Notes: a model not told the origin generated them from the letters alone. 64,000 nt of DNA from an uncultured Planctomycetota bacterium (GCA_963849325.1 CAWKHF010000006.1:416001-480000), one strand, 5' to 3'. Positions 22,389 through 32,726 are shown, counted from the stretch's first letter. Made by a program: numbers and translations.

Positions 22389-24245
22389 CTAATCGTTATC
22401 GGGATGATGATTGAGGGCGCGCGAGCTGAGACGCGCCAGGAAGCGTCTTTTCTGCTCGCCGGTCAGCTCCTTGGTGTAGCGTTTGCGCGTCGCGTCGAGC
22501 CAGCGGACAGGACGCTCGCCGTAGTCGGTCACGACGCGCGTCAGCACCGGGCCGGGGTGATCGAGGGCGGCGTGGAGTCCGCCGCACAAATCGCCCGGCC
22601 CGGTGATCTCCACGTATTCCAGCCCGAAGGCGTGAGCCAGGGCGGCGTAATCCAGGTGGGCCAGCATTGTCGCCGTCGTGCGGCGGTACGCCTTGAGCTG
22701 CAACGCCTGCATGTAGTGAAACGCCCGATCGTCCAGGATGAAGAACTTGACCGGCAGACCCTCGCGCGCCGCCGTGGACAGTTCCATCGCCGTCATGAGG
22801 AAACAGCCGTCGCCGGTGAGGGTCACGACCTGCCGGCCGAAATGGACGCGCTGCGCGCCGATGGCGGCGGGGACCGACCAGCCCATCGACTGATTGTCGG
22901 TTGGGTTGAAGTAAGTGCGCGGCTGGAGCACCGTGAACGCCTCGGCGGCCCAGTGCTCCGAACAGCTGACATCGACGAAGACGAGGGCGTCCGGGCAGGT
23001 GGCCTTGCGCAGCGCCAGGATGAAGGCCATCGGATCGACGCCGCAACGGTTGTAGCATTTGGCGTGCTCGGCGGCGTCCTCGCCCTTCCATTTGTGGATG
23101 CAGGCGACGAGGTCGTTATTGGGCGGACGGCGGATGTCGTCGGCATGGTCGAGAAGGCGGTCGAGGAAGACGCCGGCGTCGGCGTTGACGCACACCTCGG
23201 TCTTGAGGATGCGGCCGATGTTCTTGGGATTGATGTCCACGTGGATGATGTGCGGACTCTGCGGGATCGAGTAGAAGGCGGTCGAGACCTCGCTGTAGCG
23301 GACGCCGATGGCCAGTACCACGTCCACCTTGTTGAAGGCGTTCTCGGCCGTGTGAGTGCCCTGCGGGCCGTAGCCCCAGCCGACGGCCAACGGATGACAC
23401 TCGCTGACGACGCCCTTGCCCGAAACGCTGGTGGCGATCGGCGCTTGCAGCACCTCGGCCACATTCACCAGTGACTCCGTGTAGTCCATGCAGCCCATGC
23501 CGGCGTAGATGCCGACCTTCCAGACGCGATTGCTGAGCAATTGCAAGGCGCAGTGAAAGGCGCCCTCGTCGAAGGGCAGATCGCACGGGGCCAGCGGCAG
23601 GCAATCGTACTTGCACGTGTCGATCAGCAGCGTGTACGGCACGACGACGGCGGTCGGACCCGGTTCGCCGCACATCGCCAGACGAAAAGCCTGGCGCACC
23701 GCGTTGGGAATCTCACAGGCATGGCAAACCTCGAAGACGCCCTTGCACACCTGCTGGAGCAGACCGACCTGCGGCAGTTCGTGGACCTGGAAGGGGCGAT
23801 ACTTGTCGCCTCGGGCCACGTCGCCGACGATGGCCACGATCGGCACGCTGTCCAGCAGCGCCTCGCCAAGTCCGCTGAGCGAATTGGTGACGCCCGGTCC
23901 CGGAACAATGGCGATGACACCGGGCCGGCCGGTGCTGCGCGCAACGCCGTCGGCCATGTACGCGGCCGACATCTCATGCGTCACCAGCAGATAAGGGAGG
24001 TGCTGGCTCTTCATTTCGTCCCACAGTTCGTTCTCCTGGGCGCCGGGGATGCCGAAGACACAGGGCACGCCTTCGGTTTTCAGGGTCGCCACCAGCGCCG
24101 CCGCTCCGGTCATCTTGCCGGCGATGACTTCCGGCGGCGCCTTGTGGGCGGCGTCGGCCGGTCCCGGCCGCCCCGCCGGCAGCGAAACCAGGCATCCGGC
24201 GGCCATCGATTTCAGGACGGTTCGGCGCGAAACGGGCTGTGGCAT
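22389..24245 (-). CDS. Thiamine pyrophosphate-dependent enzyme (acetolactate synthase-like) with Tat-like leader
   Basis: FGIPG, HEMSAAYMADG, PGPGVTN, SMGWSVPAAIG, GDGCFLM. Confidence 0.9.
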   Translation of the reverse strand: MPQPVSRRTVLKSMAAGCLVSLPAGRPGPADAAHKAPPEVIAGKMTGAAALVATLKTEGVPCVFGIPGAQENELWDEMKSQHLPYLLVTHEMSAAYMADGVARSTGRPGVIAIVPGPGVTNSLSGLGEALLDSVPIVAIVGDVARGDKYRPFQVHELPQVGLLQQVCKGVFEVCHACEIPNAVRQAFRLAMCGEPGPTAVVVPYTLLIDTCKYDCLPLAPCDLPFDEGAFHCALQLLSNRVWKVGIYAGMGCMDYTESLVNVAEVLQAPIATSVSGKGVVSECHPLAVGWGYGPQGTHTAENAFNKVDVVLAIGVRYSEVSTAFYSIPQSPHIIHVDINPKNIGRILKTEVCVNADAGVFLDRLLDHADDIRRPPNNDLVACIHKWKGEDAAEHAKCYNRCGVDPMAFILALRKATCPDALVFVDVSCSEHWAAEAFTVLQPRTYFNPTDNQSMGWSVPAAIGAQRVHFGRQVVTLTGDGCFLMTAMELSTAAREGLPVKFFILDDRAFHYMQALQLKAYRRTTATMLAHLDYAALAHAFGLEYVEITGPGDLCGGLHAALDHPGPVLTRVVTDYGERPVRWLDATRKRYTKELTGEQKRRFLARLSSRALNHHPDND

Positions 24246-24434
24246 GGGAGCCTCCTGACAGGCGGGTCGCTTGCACGGCAGCGCGAAGCCATGAGTAGCT
24301 ACCACCTTTATCGGCTTTTCCGGTCTCGCCCTTTATGCGGAGTTTGCCGATTTGTCGATGCCAGGTATGCCTTTCGAGGGTCTGGTTAGGCGCCAGGGAG
24401 GATCGCTCCTACAATCACGGTAGGAGGTGCAGCC

Positions 24435-24659
24435 ATGACACCCGTATCGTCCGTGGTCCATAGTGACCCCGACATCCTGGGCGGCGTGCCGGTGTTCGTT
24501 GGCACCCGCGTGCCCGTCCGGGCGCTGATCGACTACCTCGGCGGCGGCCAGCCGCTCTCCGAGTTTCTAGAGGACTTCCCGTCTGTCAGCCGCGAACAGG
24601 CGGTGGCTGCCCTGCGGCTGGCTGCTGAGGCACTGATGGCCCATGCGAATTCTGCTTGA
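24435..24659 (+). CDS. DUF433 antitoxin
   Basis: DPDILGGVPVFVGTRVPV...FLEDFPSV. Confidence 0.92.
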   Translation: MTPVSSVVHSDPDILGGVPVFVGTRVPVRALIDYLGGGQPLSEFLEDFPSVSREQAVAALRLAAEALMAHANSA

Positions 24660-24965
24660 CGAGTGTGTGCCCCAGCGGCTGGGCCGGGAGCTGACCGGCC
24701 ACGCCGTCCAGACGGTCCCGCAGCAGGGCTGGTCGGGCAAGAAGAACGGAGAGTTGCTCGGCCTCATGGCGGCGGCCGGGTTCGAGGTGCTGCTGACGGT
24801 GGACCAGGGCATCCCGCACCAGCAGAACCTGCCGCGGCCGGGGTGGCGGTGGTGGTGATGGCCGGCCCGAGCAACCAACTCGTGGATCTGGTGCCGCTAG
24901 TGCCTGGCGTAGTGGCCGCGCTGGGAACGATTCAGCCAGGCGATGTGGTCGAGATCCGCACCTAA
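24643..24965 (+). CDS. DUF5615 PIN-like toxin; frameshift near 24832
   Basis: MRILLDECVP, GWSGKKNGELL, LLTVDQGIPHQQNL; overlaps DUF433. Confidence 0.88.
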
Positions 24966-25100
24966 CAAGTTGTTGCAGTAGACCCGCCATGCAGCTTTGC
25001 CACGCATTAGCGGTTTTTTAGCTCAATGCGTGGCAACTTTCCTCAATGCGTTGCAGGAAACGCGCCAGAACTGTAGTTCCAAAAAGCGAACATTTTTTGC

Positions 25101-25129
25101 TTGACAGGTGTCAACATTCCGGCTATCGT
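25101..25129 (+). promoter_or_regulatory. sigma70-like promoter with palindromic operator; probably leaderless mRNA
   Basis: TTGACA-17-TATCGT, palindrome TTGACAGGTGTCAA over the -35, ATG 6 nt after the -10. Confidence 0.6.
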
Positions 25130-25135
25130 TCCTGA

Positions 25136-25981
25136 ATGGGAAGGCCACGGCATCCGAATAAGCACATCGAGAAGGCCGTCCAATACGCGGAGGCTCTCGG
25201 ATGGCGCGTCGAGCTATCAAATGGTCATGCTTGGGGCCATTTGCTCTGCCCACAGAGTACCCGTGAAGGGTGCATTGTCGGGGTCTGGTCTACTCCCAAA
25301 AACGCTGAAAACCACGCTCGCCACATCCGGCGTGAAGTTGATATTTGTCCTCATGGAACACCTAGCAAAGGCAACGTTGAAGAACTACAGTGTGCAAGAA
25401 AAAAGGGGAGGGAAATGAAAACCGGGAAGCCGTGTGAGCGGGAGCACGACTTTGTCCTGGTCCTGACTGGCATTAACGAGTTGACGCCATCAGTGGAGGA
25501 AGCTCTGTTTGAGGCCGGCTGCGATGACGCTACGCCTAGCGTCCGATTCGGTCGAGTATACCTAACCTTCTCGCGTTGTGCCGCATCTCTGAAAGATGCA
25601 ATCCTGAGCGCAATTCAGGACGTGAGGGCGGCCAAGATCGGGGCAGATGTACTCCGAGTCGATCACTGCAACCTTGTCACGCAGGCCGACATTGCCCGTA
25701 AAATCAACCGAAGTCGGCAGCTTGTTCATCAATACTACACTGGAGTCCGTGGCCCTGGCAACTTCCCGCCCCCGGTTTGTCACATATGCGATGAGTCGCC
25801 ACTTTGGTATTGGTGCGAGGTTGCCTATTGGCTTTGGGAGAACGACATGATTACAGAGGATGTGTGTCGGGAGGCTGAACATGTCGCCTTCATCAATACT
25901 GTACTAGAGCTTAAAAACCAACGAGAGATTGATCCGAAGTTAGCAGAAGAGGTACTCCAATCAATCGGTGCAGCTCAGTAA
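25136..25981 (+). CDS. HicA-like toxin domain + HicB-like/HTH antitoxin domain (one ORF as sequenced; internal RBS+ATG at 25415)
   Basis: HPNKHIEKAVQYAEALGWRV...GHAWG...VWSTPKN; second half EALFEAGCDDA, LVTQADIARKINRSRQLVHQY, FPPP. Confidence 0.65.
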   Translation: MGRPRHPNKHIEKAVQYAEALGWRVELSNGHAWGHLLCPQSTREGCIVGVWSTPKNAENHARHIRREVDICPHGTPSKGNVEELQCARKKGREMKTGKPCEREHDFVLVLTGINELTPSVEEALFEAGCDDATPSVRFGRVYLTFSRCAASLKDAILSAIQDVRAAKIGADVLRVDHCNLVTQADIARKINRSRQLVHQYYTGVRGPGNFPPPVCHICDESPLWYWCEVAYWLWENDMITEDVCREAEHVAFINTVLELKNQREIDPKLAEEVLQSIGAAQ

Positions 25982-25999
25982 GTTTTTGCTTCCAGTATG

Positions 26000-26034
26000 C
26001 GGCAAGTCCCAGTCTAATAAGCCGGGACTTGCCG
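26000..26034. terminator. Hairpin between convergent genes
   Basis: CGGCAAGTCCC...GGGACTTGCCG followed by TTT. Confidence 0.6.
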
Positions 26035-26035
26035 T

Positions 26036-27321
26036 TTAACTAGGTCGCTGCATTCTTAGGATCATCCCCGCGCCGTCCTGTCGCTCCTCCGGCTCCTCAT
26101 CCTTCCAGAATACCGGCACGATGCCAAGCGTTTCTTGCTCCTGAATCAAGCAGGACAGGTTGTGGCAGAGGATTTTGCACAGCACTTCGTTGACCATCGA
26201 CATTTCGTTCTTGCTCGCCACCCTGTCGCCGAACTTCCGCTTGATGGCGCGAGAAGGTGATCTCGACGTTGCTGCGCTTGTGATAATGGGTCATGTACTC
26301 TTCCTGGTTGCACTGAAAGTAGTGGTAGGCTTTCTCGAAAGCGCCGCCAATCGCGCCCGTGCTGTTGGACTTGAAGGCAATGAACGCCTGCCCGCCGCAA
26401 GCTGCAACCTCTTCAAAGTTCTCCACGGAAAGGTAAGCCTTGTCGGCGCTCACTTCGCCGATCTCAAAATGCGTCTTCGTCTCGCGGACCAGCGGGACGA
26501 ACTGAGGGCAATCATGGGCATCCTTGTCCAGAATGCGGACGGCAGTAACGACATTCGTTTTCACGCCGGAGGCGATATGCGTCTTGACCCAGATGCCGCG
26601 CGTCCGCGTGACGCCGTACTTGTGGTCGTACCAGCGCTCGTAGACGGCAAGTGCTGAACCCGCTGCTGTCGATGGCGAAGTCTTTTTCGACCGGATCGCA
26701 ACGGACGGGCCTTTCGCCGACGAGCTGCTTGAGAACCGGCGTGTAGTACGGGTCTTCCATGAACGTTGTCGCCTTCATGCCGGGAATCAGCTTGCGGGTG
26801 AATCCTTTCTCGTAGGCTTCCTGCAAGGTCTGTGGAGAAGCGGCGGGCGCTGTAAACCGCAGTAAACCTTGTAGGCCATCGTGAAGACGGCATCACTAGA
26901 ACGCGTGCGGCTTCGTGCCCGTCGTGCTTGCCGGCCGCTGCGCGATCTGGCACGACGGCGAGCAGAGGTCGTGCAAGAGGACGCGGAGGCGGCGCTTCTC
27001 CGTGGCTTGCGCCATGTTGTACTTCGGCCAGTCCTGCTTGTAGGTCTTCCGCTCGGTGAGCGTAATCGTCTTCGTCTCAATCACGGTGCCATCCGGCAGC
27101 ACATCCCTCTTGTGGACGATGGACGCGGCGTAGAAGTGCTTGCAGGTGTTGCCGCCGTCAACGTGATCCAGGCAAGTGCAGGTCTTCGCTTCCAGGTTGA
27201 CGCGGTACGTCGCGTTACCGCTCTTGTTGGACTGGCTCGGCACAAGCCAGGTGCCGTCGTTCATGCGGTTCAGCCGACAGGTCGCCGCGATGATGAGTCC
27301 ACGCTGCTCTCTGGCGTCCAT
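26036..27321 (-). CDS. Transposase: N-terminal SWIM zinc finger + IS4/IS5-clan DDE domain; frameshifted
   Basis: CTCLDH...CKH (SWIM); FAIDSSGF, HDCPQF, ADKAY, YHKRSNVE.TFS (YREK-like). Confidence 0.85.
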
Positions 27322-27357
27322 TTTCTCAATCTCCGGGACAACGCTCTTGTCCACATT

Positions 27358-27386
27358 ATTGTATACACCGGAGACAGATTTGTAAA
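27358..27386 (-). promoter_or_regulatory. sigma70-like promoter of transposase 1
   Basis: TTTACA-17-TACAAT on the minus strand, embedded in repeated TGTNNAC motifs. Confidence 0.55.
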
Positions 27387-27443
27387 CATATTGGTAGACA
27401 GTTTTCCTAGTTTTTCTCGGCTTTTTTCGTAATCGCTTGCCAG

Positions 27444-27677
27444 TTACAGAAGGTCTTTCAGGTTCCGGTTGATGGCCCAAGCAAAGTCGAGAAGAGTGGA
27501 AAGACGGGGATCGTAGTCCGATTCAGGATTGAGCAGGCGAGACACTGCCTGCCGTGCCCCTCCCTTAGCAAGCCCCATGCGGAGGCCGATCTCTTCCTGC
27601 GTCATGCCGCTTTCTTCGGCTGCCTGACGCATTCTCTGTCGGACAGAGGCGACCGCGAGATGGTTCACCTTCCCCAT
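27444..27677 (-). CDS. XRE-family HTH regulator
   Basis: GMTQEEIGLRMG...AVSRLLN...DPRLSTL. Confidence 0.85.
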   Translation of the reverse strand: MGKVNHLAVASVRQRMRQAAEESGMTQEEIGLRMGLAKGGARQAVSRLLNPESDYDPRLSTLLDFAWAINRNLKDLL

Positions 27678-27808
27678 GTTGTAAGTCTACACCTTCGTAG
27701 TCATTCGGGCAACATGAACGTTGGCAACAGTAACTGCCACGAAAAGACACCCTGCTGTGGAGAATGGTCCTCGTAACTCCTTTTGCGTCACCGTCTTGCG
27801 ATGTTCTA

Positions 27809-27837
27809 TTGACATAAGCCCTTATCGAGCTTACAAT
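27809..27837 (+). promoter_or_regulatory. sigma70-like promoter for the methyltransferase-PIN genes
   Basis: TTGACA-17-TACAAT. Confidence 0.6.
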
Positions 27838-27888
27838 TAGGACGAGTGTAGGAGCACTAGATGCCCCCGTCCTCAGCTGAGGTCCGGT

Positions 27889-30445
27889 GTGAAATTCACA
27901 AGCGCAGTGCAGGAGCAATCATTCCGCGCGGTGCTGCGCGCGTTGGAGCGGTTGGGTTACACTCGCGACGTTTTGTTGAAAGAGGAGTATCCCTTCGACG
28001 ACTGGTTCTTGCCCGGCAACCAAGAGCGAGTCGCCCCAGCCGTGGCCTTCGGCCAGACCCCTCTCGCTTACGACAGCGCTTGCTTCGCGGTGGTGGTGTC
28101 CAACGGCCAGCAAGGCCCCGAACTGGTCAACCAGTATCGTGCCTTGGGTGCCCCCCTCGCTATCGAAGTTCGCCCTGACAAGGTAGTACACTGGCGAGTC
28201 AGCCGAGCCATGTCGGCTGGAGATGAGCAGTTCGTCATCCCCCCGGATCGGGTAGAGGATGCCTTCCAGGAGAATGCGCACAAGTGGAACCCGGAAAGTG
28301 TTTTTCGGGCAAAGAACATCGCCGCAACATCTCCCCGCCAAGCCGACTTCGTGGACCTCGGCTTAATCCCTGCACTGGAGCAACACGTTCGCGCCAAACT
28401 CGATCCCTTGCTGCGGGAGGTATTGCACGCGGGGAAGAAGGAGTATGAATACCGCAAGGGAGGACCGCCGGACCCAGACAAACTGTACCGCCTTGTATTC
28501 CGGACCCTCGCGGGGAAGATGATGTCTGAGCGGGGGGTGTTAGGCTTCCACTCGGCCAACGGTGCGCCGAACGCCCCGGATCTCTAGACAAGGTTGCCAA
28601 ATTCTACAGTGATTCCCAGCCGGTCGTTGCCGATGTGTCAACCCAACGGGTTGTCGTGGAAAGGCTGTGGCAGAGCATCAGCCTGAGAAATCTGTCCGTC
28701 GAAGTGCTGGCGTTCGTCTGGGAGAACACCCTTGTAACCAGGGATATTCGCGAGGAACGAGGCATTCACGCCACCCCGCCCAGCATCGCCCGATACCTCG
28801 TTCACCGCCTGCCTATCCAAGACATTCCACAGGCTGAGCGGCGCATTGTCGAACCTTGCTGTGGGAGCGGCACGTTCTTGGTTGCGGCCCTCCAGCGACT
28901 GCGTGAACTGCTACCGCCTTCGATTGACCCGCGGAGTCGGCACAAGTATTTCACCGACATGCTCAGCGGGTTCGACAATGAAACCTTCGGCTTGGAGGTG
29001 GCGCGTCCAGCCTAATGCTTGCCGACTTCCCGAACCCGAACGGGTGGGCGCTCGTCGAGGAAGACGTTTTTGGGACGCCCGAGCAGTCGCCGCAGTTCCA
29101 CGCCGCTTTGCAAGCAGCCCGCGTGGTTCTGTGCAACCCGCCATTCGAGCCGTTCAAGCCACGGGACCGCGCTTTGTACGAGTTACGCTCCGTCCATAAG
29201 CCGGTGGAACTATTGCAGCGAGTCCTCGACCAACTCGGAAATCAGGGGCTTCTTGGCTTCGTACTTCCCCAGCAACTACTCAATGGGGTGAGTTACCGCA
29301 GCATTCGAGAGAGACTGGCCGAGCGGTATGAAGAAATCGAGTTGGTCGGCTTGCCGGATAAGGTCTTCGAGAAGTCTGAACACGAAACAGCTCTCCTGCT
29401 GGCGAAGGTCCCGCGAACCCATCGGGGGCCGCTGTCCATTCTCCACCGCAAGGTCGAGGACAGGGGTTGGCCTCTCTTTAACGCTTACTCCCAGGTCAGC
29501 CGAGAAGACGCCGGAGCCAAGACCCCAGCGCAAGCATCCGACAACATCGGGATACCCGACCTCCAAAGCATCTGGACGCGCACTGGCCGGATCACCCACG
29601 GTCGGCGATGTTACGGGCGGGAACGTCCACCGCGGCATCGAATGGAATCTTCCACTGGACGAGAACAAGTGAGCTGTTGATCTCCAAGGCTGCACAGCCC
29701 GAATATGGCGCGGCGTGCCGCGTGCGCGAAGAGGCTTTTACTCCTACCAGTGCCCATCTCTCTCATACCTCTGCATGAAGGAGGAGTACCGAAGAAGGAA
29801 CGCTTTCAACTTGCCTTGGAATCTACCCAAGGTAATCATGAACGCGAAGCGGAAGTGCGCGGTCCCTGGCGGATTGCGGCATACGCCGACGAGGCCGGAC
29901 TGGTTTGCTACCAGACGTACACCGCCCTGTGGCCGTCTGGGGATTGGACTGCGACGGCTCTGGCCGCAGTCCTCAACGGGCCGGTTGCGAATGCGTTCGT
30001 TGCGTCCCACGAAGGCAATCGTGACATCACCGTCGAGACAGTCAAGGCAATTCCGGTTCCGCCGCTGACGAATGCCCTGAAAGGGGGGCTTACGAAGTTG
30101 GTAGCCGAGTATCGGACAGCCGCCGAGCGAATGGAGCTTGAAGTCAGGTCGGGCGAGCGCTCAGCGCGCGACATCCTTCGCGAGATTGACGCGGCCATCC
30201 TGAGAGCCTACGACCTCTCGCCTAGGCTCGAACATGAACTGCTCAACTATTTCAGCGGGTATGGCACGAAGAGGCCAGTGCCCTTCAACTTCGGCGACTA
30301 CTACCCGGCCGACTTTAGCTCGCATATCCCCTTATGGATGTTTCTCTCGCCAGAGTTCCAGAGAGGCAACCCGCAGGACATCTTGTCGAAAGCTCCTAAG
30401 ATCACCGATCCGGCATTGATCGACGCATTCCGTGAAGTGGAGTAA
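27889..30445 (+). CDS. N6-adenine DNA methyltransferase, type IIG/Eco57I-like architecture; several frameshifts
   Basis: GIHATPPSIARYLV, motif I EPCCGSGTFL, motif IV NPPF, GFVLP, TRD-like LAAVLNGPVAN...IPVPP, EIDAAILRAYDL. Confidence 0.8.
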
Positions 30446-30451
30446 CCTGCT

Positions 30452-31010
30452 TTGCCAAACGGAAAACTGCTCGACAATAACGTGATTTCGGTTCTTGCGA
30501 GTGCCAAGGACCCAAGGAGGCCGATAGCGGAGGCACACCTAGCCGCGTCTGGTTTCGGGCCGATTGTCTTTCCGTGCATCGCTATCGGCGAAATCGAATT
30601 TGGGATGATGAAGGCGACAAACCCAGACGCGGCACAACAGGCGAGCATGAGGGCATTCCTTAAGCGCTATCCGATTCTCCCTTTCGACCATCACACCGTC
30701 GAACCGTATGCGATGATTCGCGCAAAAACTCTGGCTCATGTTCGGCACTGCGAAGGTGCGCGGTCACGCCGAAAAACTCCCAGAAGAGTTGAAAGACCGC
30801 GCAACAGGACTCTGCCTAGGTATCGATGAACGAGACTTACTCATCGCCAGCATCGCGGTAGCGTTTAACCTATTCCTGGCGACGATGGATCGCAATGACG
30901 GGATGCGGCGGATTGAGGCAGCTGCGGCGGTCCTTGAAGCAGAAGGCAAGCCTGTTTGCCTCCGGATTGAGGATTGGTCGAAACCGTTGCCCGGCGCGTC
31001 TGACTATTGA
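30452..31010 (+). CDS. PIN-domain (VapC-like) nuclease; frameshift near 30728
   Basis: LLDNNVIS, IAIGEIEFG, GIDERDLLIASIA, LATMD, IEDW. Confidence 0.82.
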
Positions 31011-31126
31011 GTCAAAACGTTGCAGACCGCCTCAAAACGTTGCAGCTCGCCAATGCGTTGCAAAGCTCCGCCATGCAGCTTTGCCACGCATTGACACTTT
31101 TTCACGTCAATGCGTGGCAACTTGCC

Positions 31127-32428
31127 TCAATCCGTTGCAGGCGGCGAAAACCGTAGGACCATCCGCGCGCTGTCCTGTCGCTCCTCTAGCTCCTCATCTT
31201 TCCAGAAACCGGGCACGATGCCAAGCGTTTCCTGCTCCATGAATCAGGCAGGACAGGTTGTGGCAGAGGATCTTGCAAAGCACTTCGTTGACCATCGACA
31301 CGTTCGTTCTTGCTCGCCACGTCTGCCCCGAACTTCCGCTTGATCGCGGAGAAAGTGCGTTTCGACGTTCCACCGCTTGTGGTAGTGCGCCATGTACTCT
31401 TCCTGGTTGAACTGGAAGAAGTGAAACGCCTTCTCGAAAGTGCCGCCAACCGCGCCCGTGCGCGTTGGACTTGAAGGCGATGAACGCCTGCCCGCCGCAC
31501 TCGGCGACCGCCTCAAAGTTCTCCACGGATGGCGTAAGCCTTGTCCGCGCATCACTTCGCCGATCTCGAAGTGCTTCCGCGTCTCGCTTGACCAGCGGGA
31601 CGAACTGCGGGCAATCGTGGGCGTCCTTGTCGAGAATGCGGACGGCCGTAACGACGTTCGTTTTGACGCCGGAGGCGATGTGCGTCTTGACCCAGACGCT
31701 GCGCGTCCGCGTGACGCCGTACTTGTGGTCGTACCAGCTTCTCGTAGCCGCGAGCTGCCGAAGCCGCTGCTGTCGATGGCGAAGGCCGTTTCGAGGGAGC
31801 GGAGCGGGCGGGCGCTGTCGCCGATCGAGTTGCTCTGAGGATCGGCGTGTAGTACGGGTCTTCCGCGAACGACGTCGCCTTCATGCCGGGAATCGGCTTG
31901 CTGACGAAACCCATCTCGTAGGCTTCGTGCAGGTCCGTGGTGAAGCGGCGGGCGCTGCAGGCCGCAGTAGACCTTGTAGGCCATCGTGAAAAGGGCATCG
32001 CGAACGGCAGTGCGGCTTCCTGCCGGTCGTGCTTGCCGGCCCGGTCGCGGGCCGGGAGACGGGAGCAGAGGTCGTGCAAGAGGACGCGGAAGACGGCGTT
32101 TCTCCGTCGCCTGCGCCACGTTGTACTTCGGCCAGTCCTGCTTGTAGACCTTCTTTTCGGTGAGGGTGATGGTCTTCGTTTCGATGACGGTGCCGTCGGG
32201 CAGAACGTCGCGCTGGTGGACGATGGAGGCGGCGTAGAAGTGCTTGCAGGTGAAGCCCGCCCTCGGTGTGGTCCGGGCAAGTGCAGGTCTTCGCTTCCAG
32301 GTTGACGTGATAGGTAGCGCGTCGCCGCCTTGGTGGACTGGCTCGGCACAAGCCAGGTGCCGTCAGGCCAGGCGGTTGAGCCGACAGGTCGCCGCGATAA
32401 TCAGGCCGCGCTGCTCTCTGGCATCCAT
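31127..32428 (-). CDS. SWIM-DDE transposase, second diverged copy; many frameshifts
   Basis: MDAREQRGLIIAATCRL, CTCPDH...CKH, FAIDSSGF, YHKRWNVE; stop codon lies in the left-end repeats. Confidence 0.85.
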
Positions 32429-32563
32429 AGCGATTGCCTTCCATTGAAGGGCGGAATCGCGTAGAATGAATCTTATGCGAGGTCGCATTCTGGCGCTGAT
32501 CCGCCGGACTGTGATCTGCTCAGCAGCCGTTAGCGCGGCTGCTGAGCGTTTCGGTTTCTGCAA

Positions 32564-32637
32564 GGTGCATGACGGGAATCGAACCCGCAACCCTCCGACC
32601 ACCAATCGGTTGCTCTGCCTGTTGAGCTACATGCACC
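32564..32637 (-). tRNA. Atypical tRNA: GGT at the anticodon position with His-like G-1:C73
   Basis: G-GTGCATG TA GCTC-AACAGGCA-GAGC A ACCGA-TTGGTGG-TCGGA GGGTT GCGGG-TTCGATT-CCCGT CATGCAC-C folds as a cloverleaf; no encoded CCA. Confidence 0.8.
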
Positions 32638-32698
32638 ATCGGGTTAGACGGAAGGCAGCACTTCCGTCTAACCCATCCTCCTCCCTTACCTTGATATG

Positions 32699-32726
32699 AT
32701 TATATCGCTATCAGGGTAAAAATCAA
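32699..32726 (-). promoter_or_regulatory. sigma70-like promoter for the tRNA and transposase 2
   Basis: TTGATT-16-TATAAT on the minus strand; direct repeat CTATCAG; divergent TTGACA-17-TAGGAT at 32768. Confidence 0.6.

Larger units (their letters stand above)
24993..31067. mobile_element. Transposon 1 (SWIM-DDE transposase with cargo)
   Basis: Ends AGCTTTGCCACGCATT / AATGCGTTGCAAAGCT are inverted repeats; flanked by CCGCCATGC at 24984-24992 and 31068-31076; visibly lower GC than the flanks. Confidence 0.8.

Noticed and set aside
31012-31140. CGTTGCA repeats as a CRISPR array
   Set aside because: Units are about 12 bp with very short gaps, partly inverted, and no cas genes; better explained as transposon ends.
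32564-32637. tRNA as the attachment site of a prophage or integrative island
   Set aside because: No duplicated 3' end and no integrase; it lies inside boundaries defined by the inverted repeats and 9-bp direct repeats.
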